A DNA stretch of 64,000 nt. Origin: a virus (lineage: Duplodnaviria > Caudoviricetes). The DNA lies in the IMG/VR virus record IMGVR_UViG_638275558_000001, positions 32,001-96,000 of that record. One strand, given 5' to 3'. Below the pieces are notes generated by a model that saw nothing but the letters and a program-made list of their open reading frames with translations, was not told the DNA's origin and did no database searches. The translations under genes and the position numbers were made by a program. This document shows positions 1 through 9,294 of this stretch, in pieces (position 1 is the first letter of the stretch; the number at the start of each line of letters is the position of its first letter).

Positions 1-2
1 GA

Positions 3-1343
3 GCTAATTATATCTGAAATAACTTCCAGTTGGGACTCTCTGATAAAGAAGGAAATAAAATCTTTTATTTTATCTTTCAATTGATTCCAGAGATCGTAAC
101 CGGGTACGTATTCCTGAAAATCTGTATTCAACCATATATTAAGTACTTTTCCCACACTTTCTATTCCCTCCTTTATTTCCTTACTATTAACAGATAAACC
201 AATGACTTTGTTAATAACATTTTGTGCAATAGTTTTAACTATACCCTCAATGACTTTTTCATCCAAACTCTGAGAGGGTTGAAGAATATAGATGTTAGAT
301 ACAAGGTTCTGGAGTAATAGTAGGGCTTCGGGGGAAACATTTTTCATGAATTTATCTAAAGTGGAGTAAAGCTCTTCGAGTTCTTTCTTTGCTTTATCAC
401 TGAGACCGATTATTTCCGCTATTTTAAAGTTAATCTCTTTAATAATGGGCAAAGGTAGCGAAAGTGTTTCGAGATTTTGATTGAACTGGTTTTTATACTC
501 TCTGATATCGGTTGATTTGTAAGTAATGACATGGGCAATGACGCCGCTGGTTTCAATTGTTCCGGTAAATGTGGATACTTTTATTTTATGGTAAAAGTCA
601 TTTCTCGGGTGTATAAAGAGAATAAAAACATAATCATGTTTATAATTATCCCAATAGCTATCGTTTTGAGCAATACAGACGGTGGTACTTTTGTTGGTGT
701 TGGTTTCGGTTAACATTTCTTTGATTCCTTGATAGGATATTTCAGGTAAAAGTCGAACAAGTACGGCATCGCTATCTTCCATTTCCGGTTTATTATGATA
801 GACAAGTTCTATGTCCCCGTTCTTGATATATTTTCTGACGGCTTCCATGGTGTTGTTCCAGCGATCCAGGTAGCGAACCGTATAAGAGGGGAGGTATGTA
901 TCGATGATCTGCTCGAGATCGATAAAGCTTTTAATAAACTTGAACTTCATAGAATGAAGTTCGTCTTTTCTTCCCTCCTGACTCAATTTTTTATTGATAA
1001 CAAAAAGAGCCGCCAGTTTATCTACATTGCTGAGCATGTTATGATAATAAAAACGATTCTCCACCGGAATATGACTTTCATCCGATCGATTTGTATACAT
1101 TGCTACAATACCCTGTAGAATAAAAACCTGAGCCTGCTCCGGAAGAGGTGTGTTGTAGGTGGTTTTTGCCGATTGCATAATTCGATCGACAAGTTCTTTT
1201 TTGACCTTATCTTTTACAAAACTGAAAAACATACTTTTAAGCTCTTGCTCTGTAGCCGTTTCCGGATCAATTTCTATATTGAGTGTGGGGTCTTCGTTTA
1301 TTTTTTGTGCCAGCTTACGTGCAAAATTAATATCGAATTGCAT
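3..1343 (-). CDS. Large hypothetical protein (>447 aa, runs off window); paralog of 61756..63549
   Basis: Not in ORF track. Manual translation from ATG 1343 (MQFDINFARKLAQK...) is open to the window edge. TATTTAA motif upstream. Shares the VCI/VCV...Y...F.HP motif with the 597-aa ORF. Confidence 0.8.
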   Translation of the reverse strand, partial: MQFDINFARKLAQKINEDPTLNIEIDPETATEQELKSMFFSFVKDKVKKELVDRIMQSAKTTYNTPLPEQAQVFILQGIVAMYTNRSDESHIPVENRFYYHNMLSNVDKLAALFVINKKLSQEGRKDELHSMKFKFIKSFIDLEQIIDTYLPSYTVRYLDRWNNTMEAVRKYIKNGDIELVYHNKPEMEDSDAVLVRLLPEISYQGIKEMLTETNTNKSTTVCIAQNDSYWDNYKHDYVFILFIHPRNDFYHKIKVSTFTGTIETSGVIAHVITYKSTDIREYKNQFNQNLETLSLPLPIIKEINFKIAEIIGLSDKAKKELEELYSTLDKFMKNVSPEALLLLQNLVSNIYILQPSQSLDEKVIEGIVKTIAQNVINKVIGLSVNSKEIKEGIESVGKVLNIWLNTDFQEYVPGYDLWNQLKDKIKDFISFFIRESQLEVISDIIS

Positions 1344-1360
1344 ATTTGTAGACTTTTATT

Positions 1361-1954
1361 TTAAATAACTTTTCGTTTTCGGGTATAAAAAGGTCTGGTT
1401 TTGCTGGTGGATTCCTCCACCTGAATGTTCAGCGAGAAGTTCGGATCACGCGGAAATTCCTGATAGTTTTCCATATGCATTAAAATTTTCAGGTGATAGT
1501 TTATTTCCGCCACAAATACCAGTTCATCAGACGACGGGTTGATCATACGATCGGAAATTCCTTCTACGACAATATCCCATACCGCCGCATTGTCTTTGGT
1601 AAGGATAAGATCGGGTCTTACGTTTGAGAGAATCTGAGTGATCTCGCTTTCTTTTGTAAGATAATAAAAAGCACGATAGTTGACTTTATAGGGAACCGGC
1701 ACCCTGTACTGAATGGTGGATTGGTGTTGATTTTCCGTAAAGGTAAGAAAAGCAGGAAAATTCTGTATAACTTCGATTCCTTCTCGCATGACAACAACGA
1801 AGGGATACTCCACTTTGAACATATCCGTTACCATCGATTTCCTTTGCGCCTGAGATTTGTCGAAAATAATGCGCGGTTTGGTGCCAAGAGCCTTTTGATA
1901 GATTTCTTTTGCAAAAACTACGGCAAAGTAATCGGCTGTAATAATTTCGTTCAT
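1361..1954 (-). CDS. Hypothetical virion protein, possibly tail-completion (gp15-like)
   Basis: 197-aa ORF coupled to the portal stop; YP...R and VPY.V.Y pattern only weakly suggests function. Confidence 0.5.
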   Translation of the reverse strand: MNEIITADYFAVVFAKEIYQKALGTKPRIIFDKSQAQRKSMVTDMFKVEYPFVVVMREGIEVIQNFPAFLTFTENQHQSTIQYRVPVPYKVNYRAFYYLTKESEITQILSNVRPDLILTKDNAAVWDIVVEGISDRMINPSSDELVFVAEINYHLKILMHMENYQEFPRDPNFSLNIQVEESTSKTRPFYTRKRKVI

Positions 1955-3552
1955 TCTTCTTCAGGGAATGGAAGTTCTTCTTCACCACCACCCGTTTCTT
2001 CTTCGAATTCTTCGAAGGCTCCGCCAAGATTAAGTTCGCCGCCCAGTTCTTCTCCGCCTTCCGTTCCGAAATCGAATTCCGTTCTTCCTCTTGGCGATTC
2101 GATCGGGGAGCCGCGCTCGCCAAGGAAGTCGGCGGGGGTTGTTTCCTCACCGAATCCGCCCGTGTCGAAAAGACCGCCGCCACCGGCTGCTTCCGCCACT
2201 TCCTCCTGGGGCTTGAGATCGTAGGGAATCTGAAGAATGTTACTATAAATCCAGTCTTCACGAACCCAGCCTTTGAGGCGTTCGGCAATACCGATTCGCT
2301 GCTCAATCACGGCAAAGCGCTCACCTTCCACAATCGAATTCGAGCGGTTCATTACCAGGCGGAAATCCTGATCGGCAAACTCTTTGTTCATGCGCACCAT
2401 GCGTTCGAGTTCTTCCACAAAGAACCCCTGAATGCGTTTGATCGTGTTGTTGAATTTGATATCCTGAGTAGCCAGTGTGTTTTTAGCATTCACGTCTCCT
2501 TCATAACCAATGAACGCCTTTGGTACCTTGAGTGCGGAGATGAGTCGGTTGAGCATGTATTCCACATCTTCAGCAAGATCTACTTTGGAACCCTGAAGAA
2601 TATCGATTTCCACCGCACGACGATCTCCGCGCCGGGGAATGAAGTAATCTTTGAGAATGCTTTCGATAGAAAAGTAGTTATCGATTCCGAGAAATTGATT
2701 CTGATTATTTCTTACCCAATAGTCTCGCTTATACTGCATGGCAATATTGGTCAGATATTCGTTGATCTTGTCGGGCGGCACGTTTCCGACATCTACGTAA
2801 AACACCCGTCTATCGACACTACGAACCACACGGTAAAGCATGAGCGCATCTTCCATGAGTCGAAGCTGGTTCCATATCGCTCGAGCACTTTCAAGGTAGC
2901 TTCTACCATAGGGGAAGAAGTTGGTGTCGATTTTGTGAGAAAAGTGAATGACATCTTCCTCAGGAATATCTTCGTTAAAGTATCCGCTTACAACGTTACG
3001 GTAAACGTCGGTAATAACATAATACCAGGTATCCGTTTCGGGGTTATATCGCTTTGAGAAAATGTAAGGAGAGACCACCTGAAATTTTTCGATCGTGCCA
3101 TCCGAACCTTTTTCAAGAATATGAAGAAACATATCTCCGTATTTGATCATGTTGCGAATGATAGGATAGGCGTTCTTTTCAATATTTATAACATAATCCA
3201 GATAGGAGAGTATTGCTTTTGCAAGCTCAATGTCTTTTGTTACCACATCCACAATATTACCGTTTTCGTTGGGAATCGTGCATTCATCTGCAATGATATC
3301 CAGCACCGTGGAAATAAGCGGATCGGTATAATCCATGCGATCGTACATATCGTAGAGGAAAAACCGGTTGAATTCTATTCCTCCGTAGAACCTGCTCGCA
3401 TACCCCGCTGTCGCAAACGGGTGGTACATGTTAATCGGAATCATGGAAGAGCCACCCGCACCGTGCGGCGCTCCCATACCATACATCGGAGAAAGGAAAT
3501 TGGTGAAGTTGACAGCTTCGTTCAGTTTTTTATATTTTTCCAGAGACGGCAT
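1951..3552 (-). CDS. Portal protein (T4 gp20-like)
   Basis: Motifs YGRSYLESAR..WNQLRLMEDALMLYRVVR, RRVFYVDVGNVPP, DYFIPRRG, ALKVPKAF. Start reassigned to ATG 3552 (MPSLEKY) downstream of TATTTAAC; acidic Gly-rich C-terminus. Confidence 0.93.
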   Translation of the reverse strand: MPSLEKYKKLNEAVNFTNFLSPMYGMGAPHGAGGSSMIPINMYHPFATAGYASRFYGGIEFNRFFLYDMYDRMDYTDPLISTVLDIIADECTIPNENGNIVDVVTKDIELAKAILSYLDYVINIEKNAYPIIRNMIKYGDMFLHILEKGSDGTIEKFQVVSPYIFSKRYNPETDTWYYVITDVYRNVVSGYFNEDIPEEDVIHFSHKIDTNFFPYGRSYLESARAIWNQLRLMEDALMLYRVVRSVDRRVFYVDVGNVPPDKINEYLTNIAMQYKRDYWVRNNQNQFLGIDNYFSIESILKDYFIPRRGDRRAVEIDILQGSKVDLAEDVEYMLNRLISALKVPKAFIGYEGDVNAKNTLATQDIKFNNTIKRIQGFFVEELERMVRMNKEFADQDFRLVMNRSNSIVEGERFAVIEQRIGIAERLKGWVREDWIYSNILQIPYDLKPQEEVAEAAGGGGLFDTGGFGEETTPADFLGERGSPIESPRGRTEFDFGTEGGEELGGELNLGGAFEEFEEETGGGEEELPFPEEE

Positions 3553-3630
3553 ATTCTCCACTTTTTTGTTAAATAACATTAACCTAATAATGTACCAAAT
3601 AACGAAATGGTTTCGTTTATTTAAAAGAAA

Positions 3631-5496
3631 ATGACCTATCGGGAAGCCAGAGCACTTTTCAACAAGATCAAAACACTCCCTGATTATAGAAACCGCGTTG
3701 TCATTCGGATGTCTGAAATCAGAGAAAGACCCACCTTCAACCCTCGAGGACAATATAATACCACACCCCCCGGCACTTATGCCTATCCACTTGGCTTCGT
3801 ACTGGACATCGGGGGTGGGGGCGAGGATTTTGTCGATTTTATTGCGGGTATTATGCTTTTGCCCTACGCTTCACATGCCGAATGGGTACATATCTTTTAC
3901 ATAAAAGACATGGGTTGTTTTCTGAATCTTGGGGATAAAGAGGATACAGAGGAATTCCTGAGAAAGTATGCAGAGAAAAATCCTTTTATAAATACTTTAA
4001 TAGAGCACATTCGCATTTATCAGCCGATAAATGATAATACGCTCTTTCCCATTCTAAACCGCTATCTTGTCGGAATGCCTTATGAAAACATATCAAGCGA
4101 AGAGTTTCACCAGAGTTTCAACAGGGTTCTGGAAAAGCTGAAAGAAGGATACATAGACATTTTCAAAGGTGTTTACCAGCATATCACCCCAGATGACGCA
4201 CCTGCTGTTGCTTTCGTGAACGAATTCAGAGATTTTATTTCCAATCTGGGGGATTATCACACTGGAAAAAATATACTGGAAGTGGCAATAGCCCGAATTG
4301 TGTTCGCCGTTTTCAGACGTCATGAACTTATAGAAATGATCGAAGCAATGATCGGTAATGCACCGGGAGAAATTACCTCCTCACGCTTTATCAACTATCT
4401 TCCGGTTTCTGATTCCAGAAGTCTGAGTGCATTTACCCGATGGTTTGCCATTACACATCGCCTGTTTTACTATGCTTTCAATAAAGGGGTAATCAGAGAG
4501 CAATATCTTGAAGAATCGGCTACGCTGTTTGTGGATATGATTTTCACCATTGCCTTTTCAAAGGAAAAAATAAGAGCTGCTATGGATACAATGTTCAGAA
4601 TGTTAATAGATCAAATCAAAGATAAAGGTATACCCAAATCCTATCGGGTTTACAGCGAACTTGGTTATTGCGGAATATACGATCCGGGAACCGGCGGTGT
4701 GCATGAAGCCGAACCTGCTCAGGTGGTCTGGTGGGATCCCTCCGTGGTGGAATACTACGGGGCGATTCCCAACATAGGGATGCGAGAACGTAAAATTCAG
4801 AACCTGAAGGATTATATAACCGCCCTTGACGTGGTCAGATTTTTTGTCAAGGTGTTTATATACAATAAACATTTACTTACACAAGAACCCCGTTTGTTTA
4901 ATCAATCGGCTGAGGATATTGCTTGGCATTTTAAAAGAATATTTTATAAGAAAGAATTCATTTACCTTTTTGAAAAAGGTTTGCGGATGATTAGTAGATT
5001 TATCAAAACAGGAAATGTAAATCAGTTGATGTCTCTTATTCATGATGTACTCATGTTGCACCTTAGAACAGATCTCCTCGCGAGGGTATCTGCAGTTTAT
5101 AGATCATACTCTCTTGAAGATTATTATAACGAAGAACTCAAACATATGAAGAGGGTGGTAGGTGATATTGCCGATAACATGGTTGCACTTCTTACAAATT
5201 ACGCCGTGGATATTCTGACCGGTAAAGAGCAGGTTAAGGATATAGACAGCGCATTTTCCCATTATCTCGATCATCTCAGAGAAAAACTTCAAGAATTGTT
5301 AGATAAGTCTGCTTTAGAGTTGCGCGGAAAAGCAGGTACAAAAACACTATTGCAAAGATCTTTAGCAGTAGAGTCGGGGATAGAGTCTATTCTTTCAGGA
5401 ATTATCTTCATGAGAAAGTTTCTGGAAGCTTATGATTCGGATAGAGAGAAGATTGAGGAAGCGTTCAGGGTGGTAAAAGAAAGACTAAGGGATTAA
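3631..5496 (+). CDS. Putative ADP-ribosyltransferase-fold protein (paralog of 13740..15158)
   Basis: 621 aa with R.S...FNP...Y.TTP.GTYAYP and GY.GI.D.GTG..H..EPAQVVWW.P blocks shared with the paralog; TATTTAAA 5 nt before ATG. Confidence 0.6.
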   Translation: MTYREARALFNKIKTLPDYRNRVVIRMSEIRERPTFNPRGQYNTTPPGTYAYPLGFVLDIGGGGEDFVDFIAGIMLLPYASHAEWVHIFYIKDMGCFLNLGDKEDTEEFLRKYAEKNPFINTLIEHIRIYQPINDNTLFPILNRYLVGMPYENISSEEFHQSFNRVLEKLKEGYIDIFKGVYQHITPDDAPAVAFVNEFRDFISNLGDYHTGKNILEVAIARIVFAVFRRHELIEMIEAMIGNAPGEITSSRFINYLPVSDSRSLSAFTRWFAITHRLFYYAFNKGVIREQYLEESATLFVDMIFTIAFSKEKIRAAMDTMFRMLIDQIKDKGIPKSYRVYSELGYCGIYDPGTGGVHEAEPAQVVWWDPSVVEYYGAIPNIGMRERKIQNLKDYITALDVVRFFVKVFIYNKHLLTQEPRLFNQSAEDIAWHFKRIFYKKEFIYLFEKGLRMISRFIKTGNVNQLMSLIHDVLMLHLRTDLLARVSAVYRSYSLEDYYNEELKHMKRVVGDIADNMVALLTNYAVDILTGKEQVKDIDSAFSHYLDHLREKLQELLDKSALELRGKAGTKTLLQRSLAVESGIESILSGIIFMRKFLEAYDSDREKIEEAFRVVKERLRD

Positions 5497-5522
5497 ATAC
5501 TGGTAATTGGGATTGTGTGGAA
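5492..5522. repeat. 31-bp inverted repeat, copy 1
   Basis: ATTAAATACTGGTAATTGGGATTGTGTGGAA is the exact reverse complement of 22896..22926. Confidence 0.9.
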
Positions 5523-5612
5523 TGGGTATTTTTGAAAAGAAGGTGAATCTGAAAGAGGGGTGGATCCACCTTACAACATTTCCGTAGAAAGAGGCAAAAA
5601 GGGGAGAATGCT

Positions 5613-5705
5613 ATGAAGATCAAAAAGGTAATTATAGCGCTGCTGTTTCTACTCACAGCCTTCCAGCTTGGGGGGATTATGGCATTGTATCTTTTTCCGC
5701 GATAA
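5613..5705 (+). CDS. Small membrane peptide (30 aa)
   Basis: MKIKKVIIALLFLLTAFQLGGIMALYLFPR; GGGGAG SD upstream; stop abuts the tRNA. Confidence 0.55.
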   Translation: MKIKKVIIALLFLLTAFQLGGIMALYLFPR

Positions 5706-5779
5706 GCGCCTGTAGCTCAACCGGAAAGAGCACCAGCCTTCTAAGCTGGTGGTTGTGGGTTCGAGTCCCACCGGGCGCT
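5706..5779 (+). tRNA. tRNA-Arg, anticodon UCU
   Basis: Acceptor stem GCGCCTG/CGGGCGC, TAGCTCAA D-arm, anticodon stem CCAGC-CTTCTAA-GCTGG, GTGGG-TTCGAGT-CCCAC T-arm; CCA not encoded. Confidence 0.95.
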
Positions 5780-5814
5780 CAGGTGTAATCAGAAACAAAA
5801 AAAGGGAGGGAGTC

Positions 5815-5997
5815 ATGACAGTCATATGGGCAATCTTTTTTATAGTCATGGTGTTGATGGAAATTCGAACCTTTCGGGTAAAGAGGTATCTGGAAGATCA
5901 CTCCACCCGACAAGGTTCTTATGCAACCGAATGGTATTACCGGGTGGTGAATGAAAAGGAGGAACGTAAAAAACCGGGTTCGCAATGGGATTTGTAA
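5815..5997 (+). CDS. Small membrane protein (60 aa)
   Basis: GGAGGGAG SD before ATG 5815; hydrophobic N-terminus MTVIWAIFFIVMVLM. Confidence 0.65.
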   Translation: MTVIWAIFFIVMVLMEIRTFRVKRYLEDHSTRQGSYATEWYYRVVNEKEERKKPGSQWDL

Positions 5998-6311
5998 GAA
6001 AAAAAGAGCGCCTTATTATCAAGCGTGATTTCGACGCGCTTAAATTTGAAGACGCGTTCGATCTTGAGATCGTGTTTCACGTCAACCCCGAAGTTGAAAT
6101 TATTGATCGGGGAGAAGACGTGGTTGTCGTATATGCCCCGCTTGGCATTTTGGGAAGCGGGGAAACAGTTGAAGAGGCAATGAATAGTTTGCTTCTTCAG
6201 GCTGTAAAGGAATATAAAGAGAGCACTTATGAAGGAGAGCGAGAGATACTTCGTTCCTTTATAAAGTTGTACACGTCGTTTCTCCCGCCCGACTGGAAAA
6301 GTCGGGTTTGA
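5985..6311 (+). CDS. HicB-like antitoxin-domain protein
   Basis: VVVYAPLGILGSGETVEEAMNSL matches the HicB P.L....GET.EEA..N signature. Confidence 0.55.
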   Translation: MGFVRKKERLIIKRDFDALKFEDAFDLEIVFHVNPEVEIIDRGEDVVVVYAPLGILGSGETVEEAMNSLLLQAVKEYKESTYEGEREILRSFIKLYTSFLPPDWKSRV

Positions 6312-6370
6312 GTAATAGGGCATTCGTCTGCTCTCATGAGTAACCGATAACCAAACAAACGGAGGTAGCC

Positions 6371-6778
6371 ATGAAAGAGGTCAGCGTCACCCATGTCGTC
6401 GTTTGCCCCTTCTGTGGCAAGACGGGCGAAGTCACCATTACGGCGGATGGGAGTGGTCCCCGCCTCGTGGAAATGGAGCGCATTTGCCCCCACGTAGATA
6501 CTGAATACGACGAAAGAAAGCGGGGGATTTACGTACATTTCAGTGACGGCGAAAGGGGGGACTACGTCTTCCTATACGCCCCCCTTGCGCTGTACGTCCG
6601 GGAGGGCGATCCCCATCTGATCGCCCGTGCGCTCCGCCGGCGGGGCTTTAAGGTACGGGTCGACGGGCGCCACATCATCTTCAAGACACCCGTCTACCCG
6701 TATCCGGTGGACTTGGCGCTTAGGCAGTATATGCTTAACGCCGGGCGCACGGTCTCATACAAACACGTGCATCTGTGA
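6371..6778 (+). CDS. Zn-ribbon protein with HicA-like C-terminal motif
   Basis: GGAGG SD; CPFC...CPH; ALRRRGFKVRVDGRHIIFKTP resembles HicA L..GF...R..GSH..F..P; GC-rich DNA. Confidence 0.5.
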   Translation: MKEVSVTHVVVCPFCGKTGEVTITADGSGPRLVEMERICPHVDTEYDERKRGIYVHFSDGERGDYVFLYAPLALYVREGDPHLIARALRRRGFKVRVDGRHIIFKTPVYPYPVDLALRQYMLNAGRTVSYKHVHL

Positions 6779-6794
6779 AGATTATGTGAGGGGG

Positions 6795-6823
6795 TTGCGC
6801 GGCGCTTGGCATTTTCGTATATT
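6795..6823 (+). promoter_or_regulatory. Sigma70-type (early) promoter
   Basis: TTGCGC-17 nt-TATATT, same cgTAT.TT context as the promoters at 53080 and 61707. Confidence 0.6.
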
Positions 6824-6860
6824 AGAACTGTCACCAACCAAACAAACCAAGGAGGTAGCC

Positions 6861-7085
6861 ACGAAAGCGATTGACGTTCTCAAGACATTCCCAGCCCCGG
6901 ACAGCTTCGAGGGCGTCTATTACTGTCCGGAGCATCCAGAGGTTGAAATCAAAGAAACCGTCCGTTGGACGGAGGTTCCAAACCCCAACCCCGACGCCCG
7001 CAACCCGGTCGCAGTACACCGGGTTGTGGACCGCTGGTGCCCGGTCTGCGGGAGACCGGCTGTTCTGGGAGCTCGATCCGCATGA
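6861..7085 (+). CDS. Small Zn-binding protein (74 aa) with ACG at the start position
   Basis: Leader AACCAAACAAAC..GGAGGTAGCC repeats that of gene 6371 but is followed by ACGAAAG rather than ATGAAAG; CPEH...CPVC motifs. Confidence 0.6.
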   Translation, partial: TKAIDVLKTFPAPDSFEGVYYCPEHPEVEIKETVRWTEVPNPNPDARNPVAVHRVVDRWCPVCGRPAVLGARSA

Positions 7086-7212
7086 CGGGTGTTTCGGCGA
7101 TATTCGCAATCTTCGCAACGCCGAAGCAAAGCTTGCCCGCCACATTTTAAAGTAATTTCCGTTTATATTTACTTATATTTACATAGGGGTTTAGAACAAA
7201 CCGGAAGATATT

Positions 7213-8106
7213 ATGAAGTGGTTTAAACGACTTACGACGCTGGAGATTTCCCTTCTTATTCCTCTCTTTATTTCCTTGAGCGTTTACTTCTCCACTCAGG
7301 GAGTCGCCAAATTTGTGGCGCTTCCTGTGTGGGTGGTGGCACTGGTAATAGCGGCTATTGACGTGGCAAAGTTCGTAAGTGTGGGTCTCCTTGTTACCAC
7401 AAGGGGATGGCTGCTCAAAACAATTCTGATTCCGGTCATCCTGTGCGCCGTCTTTGCCACTTCTTTCAGTTTTTATGCGGCACTTGTTTATTCACACGCG
7501 GAGTCGGTGTCTTCAGAGAAAGTTGAAAACATCACAGAAGCTACCATAACTCGTGAAACCGTTCAGCGTCAGATCGCGCGTTATGAGCAGCTTCTTGAGG
7601 AGGTTGACCGTTCTATTGAAAATATGAACAACACAACCACAGAGAGCATCTGGCAAGAACGTCTCCGCAAGCGAGAGTTGGAGTCGCTGGTGAATCGAAA
7701 GGAGGAGTACCTTGCCGCTATTGACTCTCTTGAAGCCGTTCTTGTAAGCAGCACGGTGGAATCGAATCAGCGTCAAAATCTATTTTTCCTCAACTATATT
7801 ACTCCCAACTTCTATTTCGTGCTTCTTACGATCATTTTCGATCCGCTTGCCGTTCTTCTTTACGCGCTGTTTGTGCGCATGCTGAAGCAAAATGCGCGTG
7901 AGGAAGATGAAAAAGAAGTGAAAGAGGAAAAAACGGGAGTGGAGGTTGTGAAACCTAATGAACCCGAAGAGCAGGATTTCGTTTCCAAGCAAGAGGAAGC
8001 GGAGCAGCTGCTGATGGATAAAGTTTTTCAAACCAAACGCTTTGCATTTGATCCAACCCGAATGCAACCCCAGAAGGTGGTTATACGGGAAAAAAGGAGG
8101 AGGTGA
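7213..8106 (+). CDS. Multi-pass membrane protein with coiled coil
   Basis: Three N-terminal hydrophobic segments, coiled coil, IIFDPLAVLL helix; tandem TTATATTTAC upstream. Confidence 0.8.
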   Translation: MKWFKRLTTLEISLLIPLFISLSVYFSTQGVAKFVALPVWVVALVIAAIDVAKFVSVGLLVTTRGWLLKTILIPVILCAVFATSFSFYAALVYSHAESVSSEKVENITEATITRETVQRQIARYEQLLEEVDRSIENMNNTTTESIWQERLRKRELESLVNRKEEYLAAIDSLEAVLVSSTVESNQRQNLFFLNYITPNFYFVLLTIIFDPLAVLLYALFVRMLKQNAREEDEKEVKEEKTGVEVVKPNEPEEQDFVSKQEEAEQLLMDKVFQTKRFAFDPTRMQPQKVVIREKRRR

Positions 8107-8107
8107 T

Positions 8108-8362
8108 ATGTACATTGTAAAAAAAGTCAGGATATTGAGTGAGACGGCAACGGTAATCGTCGAATATTCAGATTACAGGGCAAATGTATGGGTTGGGAAG
8201 GGAATCTCCTGTAGAGCCTTTCTCAAAAGCAAAGAGGTTAGAACAGGGGTAATCCCTTACCTGACCATTTACAAAAGATACCCCAGAAATGGAAAGCTAC
8301 TGGAAGATTTCTTAAAATCGATGGAACAACAATATGTACAACATACGCGTCAACACATATAG
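8108..8362 (+). CDS. Small-ORF array member (MYIVKK)
   Basis: GGAGG SD then ATG 8108; array N-terminal signature. Confidence 0.7.
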   Translation: MYIVKKVRILSETATVIVEYSDYRANVWVGKGISCRAFLKSKEVRTGVIPYLTIYKRYPRNGKLLEDFLKSMEQQYVQHTRQHI

Positions 8363-8660
8363 TGTAGGGCTGCATTCGCACCAAGTTCCGATTCTCAAAG
8401 CAGCCAACGATCCTTCCATTGTTGATCACAACATGTATCTGTACATTACCGCCCGCCACCCCTTTTTGCGGCTCAAGATAGATTTCACGTTTAACGGCAA
8501 CAAAAGGGTGGCGTCATCGGCAATTATTTCCATGCACAACAGGGGGAAAGATCTGATTAAAGAATATAAGCTGTTCGATCTTGATATATACAAACCGACA
8601 ACTGCTTCGTATAAACCCTCAGATAAGACCAAGACTGTAAAGTTGATTTATAACTTTTAA
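8334..8660 (+). CDS. Small-ORF array member (MYNIRV)
   Basis: 108 aa; ends KLIYNF. Confidence 0.7.
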   Translation: MYNIRVNTYSVGLHSHQVPILKAANDPSIVDHNMYLYITARHPFLRLKIDFTFNGNKRVASSAIISMHNRGKDLIKEYKLFDLDIYKPTTASYKPSDKTKTVKLIYNF

Positions 8661-8683
8661 ATGATAATAGACGTTGGGTGATT

Positions 8684-8986
8684 ATGTATTGTCTTCGATA
8701 TAAAATAGCAGATATACGTTGTGCCGCCCTTAACGTACATGCGTCGAAAGTGGCACCCCCCTCCTATGTAGACATAGTGATTAAGGGGGTTTTTAAGATA
8801 AAAAAAGGGGCGCTCAGTATCGCGGTTCATCCTGATACACCTGTGGGAGACATAAGGTTTGATTGTCTCATGAAGGTTTATGGAAGCGGAGATGTGTTTG
8901 AAATACACTGTTTTAAAATCATTTTTCATTTGAATGATATTAAAAAGAGGTGTTATCGGAATCTTTTAAAGTTGGTTATAAGTTAG
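8684..8986 (+). CDS. Small-ORF array member (MYCLRY)
   Basis: ATG 8684; ends LLKLVIS. Confidence 0.7.
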   Translation: MYCLRYKIADIRCAALNVHASKVAPPSYVDIVIKGVFKIKKGALSIAVHPDTPVGDIRFDCLMKVYGSGDVFEIHCFKIIFHLNDIKKRCYRNLLKLVIS

Positions 8987-8993
8987 TGTAAAT

Positions 8994-9290
8994 ATGTGGG
9001 TTCTAAAACGGCAAGAGCAGGAAATAGGGATAAAGAGTCAGGATACGCCGATTCTGGCTCCTATTAATGCTGAGGTGGAAATACACATAGAAAAGTATAT
9101 AGGCGGATTTCCGAAGACAAAAGGCTTGTATGCAGAAGTGATCTATGCGTCAAAATATAACAAACCGGTTGTTTTTGCGCAAACCTTAAATGCGAACTAC
9201 GAAATGTACTTATGTTCTATTGGTATTTATAAAAACGTCGGAAGACAGAATAACATTATAAACATCTTAAAACTTTATGTAAACCTGTAA
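8994..9290 (+). CDS. Small-ORF array member (MWVLKR)
   Basis: 98 aa; ends ILKLYVNL. Confidence 0.7.
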   Translation: MWVLKRQEQEIGIKSQDTPILAPINAEVEIHIEKYIGGFPKTKGLYAEVIYASKYNKPVVFAQTLNANYEMYLCSIGIYKNVGRQNNIINILKLYVNL

Positions 9291-9294
9291 CACC

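Noticed and set aside
3553-3753. N-terminal extension of the portal in the ORF track
   Set aside because: Overlaps the divergent gene at 3631 and both late motifs; ATG 3552 fits better.
5522-5587. 21-aa ORF MGIFEKKVNLKEGWIHLTTFP
   Set aside because: Too short and no clear SD; cannot be supported.
6627-6860. Upstream part of the 152-aa ORF and overlapping short ORFs
   Set aside because: Overlaps gene 6371 and a promoter; GC-rich DNA leaves spurious open frames; SD points to 6861.
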